A stretch of DNA of 64,000 nucleotides from an uncultured virus (IMG/VR IMGVR_UViG_3300002835_000042). Lineage: Duplodnaviria > Heunggongvirae > Uroviricota > Caudoviricetes. How positions within the stretch are numbered: position 1 is the first letter of the stretch; the number at the start of each line of letters is the position of its first letter. This document shows, one piece after another, positions 6,612-18,842 of the stretch. Under the pieces are notes generated by a model. The model worked only from the letters and a program-made list of their open reading frames with translations, searched no databases and was not told the DNA's origin. The DNA is taken from IMG/VR virus record IMGVR_UViG_3300002835_000042; one strand, written 5' to 3'. The position numbers and the translations under genes are program-made.

Positions 6612-6789
6612 TTACTCCACCATCTTTTAACTTATCATAAATATTACCCATCATAAACACAAGGCTTGGCTGAGATTGATCAATTTGTGCTTTAAGATCA
6701 TCTTCTTTTAAACCAGCCTGTAGTCCAAGTGCTAGATTGTCAGCATTGATGCTGTCCATCATAATTTTTACTGCTTCGTCTTTTGTCAT
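6604..6789 (-). CDS. Hypothetical protein
   Basis: ORF; ATGA overlap with the upstream gene. Confidence 0.6.
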   Translation of the reverse strand: MTKDEAVKIMMDSINADNLALGLQAGLKEDDLKAQIDQSQPSLVFMMGNIYDKLKDGGVIA

Positions 6790-7556
6790 ACCCATTCCTT
6801 TTCTTGGTCGTAAGTTACAGAGTACTCCCCTGTAAATATTTCGGCGTACGAAATTATATCTCTATTATACCGTATTAGCGTTTCTATGCCAACTTTGTCG
6901 CATATGTACTTGATACCCTTGGTTAGTGGTTCAAACTTCATCCCCTGGGCTTCTAGGGCCTTATTTAGGGTATCCAAATAACGTTGCTTGCCGTATCTTT
7001 TTGATGTAAATGATTGATCAACATAATCAAACCTTGCCTGTACATCATTTGCTTTTGCAATGTCCGAATTGTCCATTATGTACCTTACTGCAGGATGATC
7101 CATCCTATCAGACCAGTTTCGCATGTTGTTGCTGTATTTCTCCATATTGCGTAGTGTTGAATCAGCAAAAGCCATGCGTATTAGGTCTGTATTGGAGGTT
7201 TGAACCTCTGTTGCGAAACTAATCAAAAAAGCGGTTGCGAAAGGAAACTTGTCGCTGTAAGTCGTTATGCCGAAATGTACATTCGGATTGAAAGACTCAG
7301 TTGACATACCGTCTTCTAATCGGCGCATATGATTTCCGAGAGATACAAACTCTTGTCGATTCATATCGCAGTCGACGAACAAACATTGCTCTGGATCTAT
7401 CCCGTCGGCGAGACATAAAATGTTTTTGTCGTATGAACCCACTATTTTCGAACCGTTAAAACGCTCTATTAATTTTGCGGTCATAAAACCATCCATGTCA
7501 GGAGATATAATTAAATTCCGAGAATGCTCCAGTGTATCGAGTATGTCCGTTTTCAT
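6786..7556 (-). CDS. DHH-like phosphoesterase/nuclease fold protein
   Basis: SPDMDG (DxDG), FVDCD, GNH and NPN motifs in DHH-family order, His motif degenerate. Confidence 0.55.
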   Translation of the reverse strand: MKTDILDTLEHSRNLIISPDMDGFMTAKLIERFNGSKIVGSYDKNILCLADGIDPEQCLFVDCDMNRQEFVSLGNHMRRLEDGMSTESFNPNVHFGITTYSDKFPFATAFLISFATEVQTSNTDLIRMAFADSTLRNMEKYSNNMRNWSDRMDHPAVRYIMDNSDIAKANDVQARFDYVDQSFTSKRYGKQRYLDTLNKALEAQGMKFEPLTKGIKYICDKVGIETLIRYNRDIISYAEIFTGEYSVTYDQEKEWV

Positions 7557-7587
7557 TTTTATTAAATATACCCCTTATAATAATCTT

Positions 7588-7854
7588 ATGTCAGTACAAG
7601 ATTGGGCTTCGCTAATCGTAGCCATCTTAACAATTGTATCATCTATCGCTTTTGGAATCAAGTGGTTAGTAAAGCATTATCTCGTCGAACTTAAGCCGAA
7701 TTCTGGATCCAGTCTAAGAGATGCCGTCACAAGGCTAGAACTGGCTTTGGATGAACAAAGAGTTGATTCAATTAAATCCAGAAATCGTCAAGAAGAAAAG
7801 TTAGACGAGATGTATAAAATTTTAATTGATCATATTGCTAACTCTAAAAAATAA
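7588..7854 (+). CDS. Single-TM membrane protein of actinophage type (possibly lysis-associated)
   Basis: N-terminal TM helix then LKPNSGSSLRDAVTRLE coiled coil; leaderless ATG 7588. Confidence 0.7.
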   Translation: MSVQDWASLIVAILTIVSSIAFGIKWLVKHYLVELKPNSGSSLRDAVTRLELALDEQRVDSIKSRNRQEEKLDEMYKILIDHIANSKK

Positions 7855-8054
7855 TTTGCTATATACTATATATAATATATAAAGATAGTTTTTAAAACTA
7901 TAAGGATATCTTTCTTTCTTATATATATTTAAGTATACACCATCCCAATCCTGGCATAAAAGACAAACCTTGACAAATCGGACATATCCAATTGTAACAA
8001 TTTGGTAAACTTTTTATATCATGTCCGTTTTGTCCTTTATGGTATAATTTTCTT

Positions 8055-8111
8055 GTTGGCTAATACCTTGGTTTGTCCTATACCCACCGACCCTGGTATT
8101 AGTCAATTTTT
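8055..8111 (+). ncRNA. Candidate ~55-nt hairpin sRNA
   Basis: TGGTATAAT at 8040-8048, 12-bp stem 8056-8067/8095-8106, then T5. Confidence 0.4.
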
Positions 8112-8127
8112 ATGGTATAATCACAGT

Positions 8128-8523
8128 ATGCCTATTCACTCTTCTCTTGCTTTTGGTGCCGATCCAGTCACTATGCAGTGGAGCGTTGTTAGAGGAGATA
8201 CTGGGACTCTGAGAGTAGAGTTCTATGAGGATAATGAAGTAGATTATTATGATACTACTGGATGGATTTTTAGAGCAACTGCTTATGATCAGTCTGGTAA
8301 TGTTTTAGATGCCCTGGATTGTGAGCCTGGAGATGGTTTTGTAGATATTACTGCCTACCCTTCAGTTACAAAAAACTGGGGACTAAAATATGCATCTGTT
8401 GTGGCTCAACTACCATTTGACCTACAGGTAATAATCCCACAAGAAATTGAAGACACTGTTTGGACTCCAGTTATTGGTACCATACAAGTATTAGGCGATG
8501 TTACACCAGGGGGTACACTATAA
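8128..8523 (+). CDS. Virion adaptor protein (BppU N-terminal-like)
   Basis: WSVVRGDT...FDLQV...GTIQVLGDVT; paralog of 10335 and 17719. Confidence 0.6.
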   Translation: MPIHSSLAFGADPVTMQWSVVRGDTGTLRVEFYEDNEVDYYDTTGWIFRATAYDQSGNVLDALDCEPGDGFVDITAYPSVTKNWGLKYASVVAQLPFDLQVIIPQEIEDTVWTPVIGTIQVLGDVTPGGTL

Positions 8524-9569
8524 TGGCAGTTATTAAGATTGTTCCAATGCCAGGCGCAGTTGGAGACAAGGGAGATCCAGGAGAAACTGGACCACAGGGT
8601 CCACAAGGACAAACAGGACAAACAGGACAAAACGGACAAGACGCACTATGGTCATATCAGGGTGCTTGGCAATCTAATGCTGCCTATGCAGTTGGAGATC
8701 TTGTAACTTATGAGGGACAACTTTATTATGCAAAAGCAATTACAACTACTGGCACACTACCAACCGATACATCTAAGTTTGATTTAATTGCAGCAAAAGG
8801 CACAAACGGTACAAATGGTGCCGATGGTGCAGACGGATCAACTCCATTTACTTTAGTAGGTGCATATGATAATGGGGCTTCTTACAACTTAGGAGTTGCT
8901 GTTTATTATAATGGCGGTACATATGTAAGAACTGGCAATCCACTTAATCCTGGATACCCTCCAACATTGGGCGCTATTAACGAGTCATGGACTCCTGTTG
9001 CAGAAAAGGGAGATGTTGGAAGTCAACTTAATTATTGGGATGGAGCATCTGTACCACAAGATCCAGCAGAAGATGGATTCCTAATTGTTGACGGAATTGT
9101 CACTGGTCCTGGATCTAATATTCTTGTATCTGCTGACGATAGAGTTTTTATAGGTGGAAACAATGGAGAATTTTTAAATGGTTTATCTACTCCAGAAAAC
9201 CAAATAGCAACTATTGGAGATATCCAAGAAGTAGATACGCTAACAAACGGCCTTGTAGTAACTGGACAAATAGATGATGAAACAATTAATCCAGCAGGAA
9301 CAATGAGTCTATCTGTTCAAGATGGATATACAGCACTCATGGATCTTATTGCTCATAGCGCAACATTTAATGGTGACATACAGGTTACAAATTTAAGTGG
9401 TACAAGAAATACAACAATAGATACACCAGTAACAATTAATAATGACTTAACGATTAATGGATCTCTAAATGTTTCAACTGGAGCAACAGGATCATTCACT
9501 ATTGGGAATCAAACCTTTAATATTACAAACGGAATCATTACATCTATTGATGTAAACATTCAGGCATAA
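8523..9569 (+). CDS. Collagen-like fibre protein with carbohydrate-binding-like modules
   Basis: G-X-Y triplets; W..NAAYAVGDLVTYEG..Y modules. Confidence 0.7.
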   Translation: MAVIKIVPMPGAVGDKGDPGETGPQGPQGQTGQTGQNGQDALWSYQGAWQSNAAYAVGDLVTYEGQLYYAKAITTTGTLPTDTSKFDLIAAKGTNGTNGADGADGSTPFTLVGAYDNGASYNLGVAVYYNGGTYVRTGNPLNPGYPPTLGAINESWTPVAEKGDVGSQLNYWDGASVPQDPAEDGFLIVDGIVTGPGSNILVSADDRVFIGGNNGEFLNGLSTPENQIATIGDIQEVDTLTNGLVVTGQIDDETINPAGTMSLSVQDGYTALMDLIAHSATFNGDIQVTNLSGTRNTTIDTPVTINNDLTINGSLNVSTGATGSFTIGNQTFNITNGIITSIDVNIQA

Positions 9570-9589
9570 TATCGTGAGATAATAACTCC

Positions 9590-10327
9590 ATGGCTGTTTC
9601 TAAATCTATGGACTTCCCTGGTGCAAAAAAATCTTCTTATGCTGCACAAGTTGTTAGTCAAACCGCTCAAGTTGCAGAAACACAGTTATCACCAGACTCC
9701 ACACTAAACTTTGTTCCAGTCCCTGGACCACAAGGACCACCAGGCCCACCAGGCAGAGATGGAGAAAGAGGCGAACAAGGTTTCACGGGAAACATTGGGC
9801 CTAAAGGCGAAAGAGGACTACCAGGCAAAGATGGAGAAAGTTCTTTATCAGCATCTGGACAACAGGCAGGTTGGGCATCATATACAAACAGCGCAATCAA
9901 GCCTATAAAATTAGGAATTACCCAAGGCGACGACGGATGGGTTTCCGTTTGGCTAGATACTAAAGATAAAACCCAAAATGAAAAATACATGCCAAAGGGC
10001 TGCACCAGCCTATGGAACAGTCATCAAAGAATGCTAAACTTCCACGGTATAAAAGAAGGATCCCAAGTATTCATAACATATAACTTCGAACTAACCACCT
10101 ATACATCTAATACTGAGGTTTGGCTAAGGACTTATTTTGCAAAAAAGGATCAGGAGTTTGTTCAGTTTATGGGATCTTTGAAATACCAGAATGTTTATAA
10201 TCTTTCTGCTACCCAGCAAATATTTATAGAAGATTCTGTCATGTGGGGAAGTGGTGCAATACCGCAAATCCGTACAGACTTTGATGCTTCCGTAATCCTT
10301 AATTCTATCTACGTCAGCGTGGTATAA
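9590..10327 (+). CDS. Collagen triple-helix repeat protein
   Basis: GPQGPPGPPGRDGERGEQGFTGNIGPKGERGLPGKDG. Confidence 0.8.
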   Translation: MAVSKSMDFPGAKKSSYAAQVVSQTAQVAETQLSPDSTLNFVPVPGPQGPPGPPGRDGERGEQGFTGNIGPKGERGLPGKDGESSLSASGQQAGWASYTNSAIKPIKLGITQGDDGWVSVWLDTKDKTQNEKYMPKGCTSLWNSHQRMLNFHGIKEGSQVFITYNFELTTYTSNTEVWLRTYFAKKDQEFVQFMGSLKYQNVYNLSATQQIFIEDSVMWGSGAIPQIRTDFDASVILNSIYVSVV

Positions 10328-10334
10328 TAAAACC

Positions 10335-10805
10335 ATGGCATTTCCAGCAACCTACGACTTTAACTACTATAAGGGTGATACCTTTGAATTTCGTATCTAC
10401 CCGAAGAAAAATGATGGAACGGTTTTTGATTTAAGTGCATTTTATGTGCCAACAAATTTTGCAAGCCTTCCAGATGATGTAGAGTTAGACTCTTTGCCAG
10501 CACATGCACCATATGATAGCGCACAGTTTACAATTGCAAATGCTCGTGGATCTGCAGCAACTGAAGTAAGAAAAGGATTTGCTAGAGTTTCAGATGACAA
10601 TACATTTGTTCAGTGTGCTATCAGGCCAACAGAAGGAAACCTACTTCTTGCTGGAACAGAATATGTCTATGACGTTGAAGTTAGAAAGCCAGCAGGACTT
10701 CCAGGAAGCGGTCAATACGAAATTATTCAAACTTTGCTTACTGGAACAATAACTGTTACGGATCAAGTTACAGGTGCTACACCTGCAACTCAGCCAGGAG
10801 CATAA
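10335..10805 (+). CDS. Virion adaptor protein (BppU N-terminal-like)
   Basis: YYKGDTFEF...YVYDVEV...LLTGTITVTDQVT. Confidence 0.6.
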   Translation: MAFPATYDFNYYKGDTFEFRIYPKKNDGTVFDLSAFYVPTNFASLPDDVELDSLPAHAPYDSAQFTIANARGSAATEVRKGFARVSDDNTFVQCAIRPTEGNLLLAGTEYVYDVEVRKPAGLPGSGQYEIIQTLLTGTITVTDQVTGATPATQPGA

Positions 10806-11386
10806 TGGCAGACATCTTATTATCTAACGACGACTTAACAATTTTTGGTGGTCCAGAGACAATAAGCCTTGATCTAGATATTGGACCACAAGGAGATCGT
10901 GGAAGTATTATTGTTGGAGTTCTTGGAGATCCCAGAGATACCAGCGTAGCCTCTACAATCGTACAAGAAACACAGGCTTTGGACATTGCAATAGATTATA
11001 GTCCATACTCAACAACATATAAAACAGTTTTTCAAAAAGTTTCTACTGGAGGAGGACTACAATGGACTCCGCTACTTACTTTAAAGACAAATTATTATTC
11101 ATCTGTTAAAGATGTTACGGCTGTTAATGGAATTCTTACAATACCGCCAATTAATCTATCAGAAATTGCAGACGAGATAAACCTTACATCTGCAAACTTT
11201 AGTATTCAGTATTCTGTTTCATCACCAACTGGAGGACCTGTTTCAACAAGCCTTGTAGTCAACGATGTAATAGATAGTCCAATTAGAGCACTACCACTTC
11301 AAATAAAGGGTGTAGAATATATCGATAACGCTTGGCAGCCTATGGCTGGTCCAAAGCGTGTTCATTTATTTATTACGGTGGTATAA
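10805..11386 (+). CDS. Putative virion structural protein
   Basis: GPQGDRGS motif; position among fibre genes. Confidence 0.55.
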   Translation: MADILLSNDDLTIFGGPETISLDLDIGPQGDRGSIIVGVLGDPRDTSVASTIVQETQALDIAIDYSPYSTTYKTVFQKVSTGGGLQWTPLLTLKTNYYSSVKDVTAVNGILTIPPINLSEIADEINLTSANFSIQYSVSSPTGGPVSTSLVVNDVIDSPIRALPLQIKGVEYIDNAWQPMAGPKRVHLFITVV

Positions 11387-11399
11387 TGGCAAGAGGTGA

Positions 11400-14327
<2,928 letters not shown>

Positions 14328-14371
14328 TGTATAATAGATATCATCAAAATAACTTGTAGAAAAGAGTGTAT

Positions 14372-14611
14372 ATGTCAGAAGAATTAACTCCTTGGCAAAG
14401 ATATAAACAAAATCTAGGAGAAACAAGGCCTTGGGATATTGTCAATCCTGCAACCGAATGGGCATCTTCCGAGGTAGCAGAAGAAAGATACTCTATATGT
14501 AAAGCATGTCCAGAATTAATTAAATTAACTAGTCAATGCAAAAAGTGTGGATGTTTTATGATAGCAAAAACAAAACTAGAAAAAGCAACTTGTCCTCTAG
14601 GAAAGTGGTAA
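14372..14611 (+). CDS. Small Cys-rich protein (R..IC..C...C..CGC...K......CP.GKW; DUF6171-like)
   Basis: Six-Cys pattern. Confidence 0.7.
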   Translation: MSEELTPWQRYKQNLGETRPWDIVNPATEWASSEVAEERYSICKACPELIKLTSQCKKCGCFMIAKTKLEKATCPLGKW

Positions 14612-14612
14612 C

Positions 14613-15284
14613 ATGGAAAAGGTATTTTGGGAAAATGACAAAGGAGTTATTTTTAATAAATACAGGGCTATAGTAAGAACTGAAATTGCCCCAGGGATAA
14701 TGTCTTATGAAAATGTAATTCCTAAAGAAATTTTTGACACTCTTGTATTTGATATTGAAGAAGGAATGGAGTCAGCAAAAATAGAATGGGGTTCGGCTCA
14801 AGTAAAATCAGGTGTTGGAGATAAAGTAGAAGTAGTAACAGACACCAATTCAAGAGATACTCAAACCATAACTATTCCATATTCAGAAACAATAAAAGAA
14901 GATTACTCAAGTTTAAGTGCAGCGTTTAACACATCGATTTCTAATCTTTTTTTAGAAAATTTAATTCCGCTAGAAATTAATTATCAAAATAATTACGCCG
15001 TAAATTGTTTATGGCATGATTCTTATCAAATATTAAAGTATGGAGTAGGCCAAAAGTTTATAAACCATGTAGATGATCACCCAGATTTTCATAGAAGGGT
15101 TTCCACATTATATTATATTAATGACGACTATTCTGGAGGAGAGATAAACTTTCCAAGGTTTAATCTTTCTTTTAAACCTAAAGCAAACCAAATGATTGTC
15201 TTTCCATCAACCTATGTTTACAACCATTCTGTATCTCCTGTTACAGAAGGAACAAGGTATGCAATAGTTAGTTGGATGAGATGA
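14613..15284 (+). CDS. 2OG-Fe(II) oxygenase, prolyl-4-hydroxylase-like
   Basis: HVD...YINDDYSGGE..FP...H.V..V..GTRY. Confidence 0.9.
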   Translation: MEKVFWENDKGVIFNKYRAIVRTEIAPGIMSYENVIPKEIFDTLVFDIEEGMESAKIEWGSAQVKSGVGDKVEVVTDTNSRDTQTITIPYSETIKEDYSSLSAAFNTSISNLFLENLIPLEINYQNNYAVNCLWHDSYQILKYGVGQKFINHVDDHPDFHRRVSTLYYINDDYSGGEINFPRFNLSFKPKANQMIVFPSTYVYNHSVSPVTEGTRYAIVSWMR

Positions 15285-15853
15285 CAAATATAAAAGAGCC
15301 AAGAGTTTTAAAAAATCTCTTTTCTAAAGAAGAGTTTAACTCATTAAAGTCTTACCTATACAACAAACCAAAACTAGAAAAAGATTTTGATAAATCTTTT
15401 GGCAGATATACTTTTAATGATAGTTTTATTGATTCTTATTTGAATAATTTAGTTCCTTTTGCAAGAGATGTGTTTGATAGCAAAACTTTAGTTCCTTCAT
15501 ATGCTGTTTTTGCACATTATGAAGGAGAATACGCAAGTCTTTTTACTCACGTTGATGACAATGCATGTACATACACAATAGACATGTGTGTTTATCAAAC
15601 AGAGCCATGGGATTTAAATGTTGATGATAAAAACTACACGCTGTATGAAAATCAAGCACTTGCTTATTATGGAAATGATCAAAAGCATGGTCGTGGAGAT
15701 TTTCCAAATGTAGAGTCTCAGCACGTGGCAATGGTTTTTTTCCATTTTGTAGAGCCCGATCATTGGTGGCATACAAAAAATCAAAACTATATTCATGTTA
15801 TAAAAGGAAATATTTCTGAAGAAGAATGGAGCCTTAAGTATGGAAACAAGTAA
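15281..15853 (+). CDS. 2OG-Fe(II) oxygenase (phage type)
   Basis: L..HVD.NAC...HGR...VFFHFV. Confidence 0.8.
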   Translation: MTNIKEPRVLKNLFSKEEFNSLKSYLYNKPKLEKDFDKSFGRYTFNDSFIDSYLNNLVPFARDVFDSKTLVPSYAVFAHYEGEYASLFTHVDDNACTYTIDMCVYQTEPWDLNVDDKNYTLYENQALAYYGNDQKHGRGDFPNVESQHVAMVFFHFVEPDHWWHTKNQNYIHVIKGNISEEEWSLKYGNK

Positions 15854-15867
15854 GGAGATTAATTAAA

Positions 15868-16443
15868 ATGAGCATAGATATGAATCTTGTAAGGCAAGCA
15901 ATCATAGAAAATAGAATTCATGTATTTAAAAATGCTTTTCCTATTCTTCCGTCCTGGGACACACTTTTACCAATTATCTCAGATTTTGTCGATGATGACC
16001 TAAAAGTTTTTCCAGATAGATCATATCTTTCAACTGGAAACCTAGAAGAAGAATATCTTGATCACAGATTAAAGTGTAGATTTTGGTCAAGATTAGCATT
16101 TCACTTGTATGATCCAAAAGATCCATACCTGTCCGTAATTCCTGAATTATCTCCCGTAAATAGTTGGGGGCTTTCTGAATATCCATCAGAAATTTTTACT
16201 GGTAATTTTTGCCTAATTTCATTAATGAAAAACAGAGGTGTTGTTGCAAGCAAGCACCGTGACCAAGTTGATCAGTTTCAGTGGGTTGTTAAGGGTGAAG
16301 CAATTTGGAGAACAGGTGAAAATTTAGAAAATGTAAACCATGTTGTAGAGGGAGATTTCATTTTTTTACCAAAGAATTTGCCTCACGAGGTTGAAACCTT
16401 AAAAGCCCCAAGAGCATCCATAAATCTTGTTTTAAGAAACTAA
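15868..16443 (+). CDS. JmjC/cupin-type 2OG-Fe(II) oxygenase
   Basis: HRD.VD...GEAIW...GDFIFLP...HEV...R.S. Confidence 0.8.
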   Translation: MSIDMNLVRQAIIENRIHVFKNAFPILPSWDTLLPIISDFVDDDLKVFPDRSYLSTGNLEEEYLDHRLKCRFWSRLAFHLYDPKDPYLSVIPELSPVNSWGLSEYPSEIFTGNFCLISLMKNRGVVASKHRDQVDQFQWVVKGEAIWRTGENLENVNHVVEGDFIFLPKNLPHEVETLKAPRASINLVLRN

Positions 16444-16480
16444 AAAGCACCCATAGGTTTTATCCTACAGGTGCTCTTAG
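16443..16480. terminator. Hairpin terminator between convergent genes
   Basis: AGCACC..TAGG-loop-CCTA..GGTGCT. Confidence 0.6.
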
Positions 16481-16490
16481 TTATTATATT

Positions 16491-17054
16491 TTACTTAGGA
16501 AATTTTTTCATCCACATTTTGGTCTTTGGAGTAATACCCTTCCACGAAGACCAGTCTTCTCCACCCCTAGACATGTAATATGCAATCTCTGCATTTTTGA
16601 CGGGATTGAACAATTCAGCATTAGAGTCCAAGTCAAACTTATCCCTACGGTCTGGACCCAAGTTGTCAATCATATTAATTTGGAACATTCCATAAGAGGA
16701 GTCCCCAGTCTTGTGGTTGCCATTAAATGCTAAAGGCCTACCATTAGATTCTTTCTTGGCAATGGCCCAAGCCACTACAAGATCTTGCCCCTTAAACCCT
16801 ACAAGGGAAAGGAGTTGCTTTAATTCGGTATCGGTAAGAGAAACCTTATTTTCAAAACTCTCTAACTTTTTAGCCTTAGAAACCAAAAAAACCTCTTTCG
16901 AGGCGTTTCCTTGCTCCTGAGCCTGTTCTATACTCAAATTATTTTTGTCACTTATTTGTGTTTCAGCATTAGCAGCGTTTGACAAAGTCGCTACTAAAGT
17001 CAGTATGCTGAGTATGCTAATGATCTCTTTGTTTCTTTCGATAAATTTAATCAT
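16491..17054 (-). CDS. Lytic transglycosylase / lysozyme-like cell-wall hydrolase with N-terminal signal or TM segment
   Basis: AIAKKES (catalytic Glu), SYGMFQIN, LFNP..NA, W..W; AGGAGG RBS before ATG 17054. Confidence 0.85.
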   Translation of the reverse strand: MIKFIERNKEIISILSILTLVATLSNAANAETQISDKNNLSIEQAQEQGNASKEVFLVSKAKKLESFENKVSLTDTELKQLLSLVGFKGQDLVVAWAIAKKESNGRPLAFNGNHKTGDSSYGMFQINMIDNLGPDRRDKFDLDSNAELFNPVKNAEIAYYMSRGGEDWSSWKGITPKTKMWMKKFPK

Positions 17055-17157
17055 AGTTTCCTCCTTAGAAAACAATAACACCTTGGTAGGTGTTACTACC
17101 AAGTATAACATAAAATTATGCCAAAAGTCAACTTTATAGGGTGGTATAATAAAGATT

Positions 17158-17706
17158 ATGCCACAATACGCATCTAACTATCCCAACTCACTTTCATACC
17201 CTATTGCTTCAGATCCCGTCAATGTACACGGAGATTTTAAAGTATTAGTTGATGCTTTGAATAATATTCTTCCTCCCCTGGGATATGGCGCAGCATATAT
17301 TGATGTTAGAAATACTACAGGCACAGCAATTTCCCAGGGTATTCCAGTATTTATTAGTGGTAGTCTTTCTGGAAAATCATTAATTCAAAAATATGATCCG
17401 TCAAGTGTGTCTCATAATCCAGATGTTCCAATTTTAGGTTTAGTAAAAAATGATATTCCAAATAATTCTAATGGTTTGGTTATTGTTTCTGGAGTTATTC
17501 AAATGAATACAACAGGTTTGGGATCTGCTGGAACAAAGGTTTATGTAGACAATACTGGAACTCTTGTTGCAGGTCGCCCAGCAACTGGACCAGCAAGATA
17601 TATTGCAGTTGTTGCTATTCAGGCAACACTTGCTGAAGGTGGAATGCTAATTGTTCAAACAAAAGGCAACGGTACCTGGGGAGCCCTTAAAGACGGGTTG
17701 TCGTGA
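17158..17706 (+). CDS. Putative virion fibre/decoration protein
   Basis: Beta-rich; VRNTTG..I..G.PV...G.V.VSG motif typical of virion appendages. Confidence 0.55.
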   Translation: MPQYASNYPNSLSYPIASDPVNVHGDFKVLVDALNNILPPLGYGAAYIDVRNTTGTAISQGIPVFISGSLSGKSLIQKYDPSSVSHNPDVPILGLVKNDIPNNSNGLVIVSGVIQMNTTGLGSAGTKVYVDNTGTLVAGRPATGPARYIAVVAIQATLAEGGMLIVQTKGNGTWGALKDGLS

Positions 17707-17718
17707 TATAATAACATT

Positions 17719-18102
17719 ATGGCTACCTTCAGAAATCAACCCACAGACTCATATGCATTAGGTGCAGCACCTCCAGAAATTCGTTGGACTGTTGTTCGTG
17801 GAGACTCTGCAGCATTTCGTGTTTATGTAACTAACGATGCAAGAGAGCCACTACTTCTTGATGACTGGGAAGTTGATATGGACATTCGTCGTAATGGAGT
17901 GCTTATTGTTTCTCTATCCCCTCAGCCAGTTGAGTTTCAGGATACAGAAGGAAGTTTCACGGTAAACATTACATCTTCACAATCAGAACTTCTTGAGACG
18001 GGAGACATCTTTGATATCCAACTCACAGAACTTTTATCAGAGGGCAGAGTTTGGACGGTAGCCAAAGGGTCAATGGTTATCATTGAAGATGTAACAAATT
18101 AA
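17719..18102 (+). CDS. Virion adaptor protein (BppU N-terminal-like)
   Basis: WTVVRGDS...FDIQL...VWTVAKG...EDVT. Confidence 0.6.
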   Translation: MATFRNQPTDSYALGAAPPEIRWTVVRGDSAAFRVYVTNDAREPLLLDDWEVDMDIRRNGVLIVSLSPQPVEFQDTEGSFTVNITSSQSELLETGDIFDIQLTELLSEGRVWTVAKGSMVIIEDVTN

Positions 18103-18347
18103 TGACAACAAACCTAACCCCACTACCACAAGAATTTTATAGAACAACCCATAGGCTTGCTCATACTCAAATCAAAGACCTTGATGTCAAAAGAATAAGA
18201 ATAGATCACTTCCAGCCAAAGGCTAGAGTAGAAGAGGTTTTGCCATTTAGGGTTCAGTTTATCAATGTAAGTGTGTTTGGATACTCTAAAACTAATCCCC
18301 CGCCAATTCCTCTACAGGTTATTGGCTACAGCAACTATATTCTTTAA
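18102..18347 (+). CDS. Hypothetical protein
   Basis: TAATG-coupled ORF. Confidence 0.6.
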   Translation: MTTNLTPLPQEFYRTTHRLAHTQIKDLDVKRIRIDHFQPKARVEEVLPFRVQFINVSVFGYSKTNPPPIPLQVIGYSNYIL

Positions 18348-18379
18348 CAGTATAATTAAAAGCATGTTATAATTACCAC

Positions 18380-18826
18380 ATGGCGAAAATATCAATTTCA
18401 GGCGTAAAGGCTCTTTTTGAAACAGGAGATAGGCCTACTCAAGAAAATTATGAAGATTTAATTGATACCGCATCTGCTCAAGCAACAGACTTGGGTTCTT
18501 ACGGTAACAATGAAAATACAATCACTGGTATTGAGAACGTAACTGTAATTGATAACTTTGATGCTACAGTTTGGCGTATGGTCAAGTACATTATTTCAGT
18601 ATCCAAGACCACAGCAGGGGACAATAAGTTCTATGCAACCGAACTAACAATTCTCGTTGACGGTGCAAATGTATCAGTCAGCGAATACGGAACAATAGAC
18701 AATGATGGGAATATTGGCACCATAAGCGTCTCTCGCACTGGAAATACCGTGGCTATTACAGTCACTCCAGATCCTGCGATCAAGCCAGTCACTGCACGGT
18801 TCGCCCGTATAGGACTTAAGGCATAA
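18380..18826 (+). CDS. Virion structural protein
   Basis: FETGDRPTQENYEDLID motif; C-terminal domain resembles that of 18843-20474. Confidence 0.65.
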   Translation: MAKISISGVKALFETGDRPTQENYEDLIDTASAQATDLGSYGNNENTITGIENVTVIDNFDATVWRMVKYIISVSKTTAGDNKFYATELTILVDGANVSVSEYGTIDNDGNIGTISVSRTGNTVAITVTPDPAIKPVTARFARIGLKA

Positions 18827-18842
18827 CTAAGGAGATAATAAA

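Noticed and set aside
8002..8127. N-terminal extensions in the ORF track (also 7420, 8460, 28552, 32032, 42808)
   Set aside because: Downstream ATGs fit leaderless promoters, RBSs or stop-start coupling better
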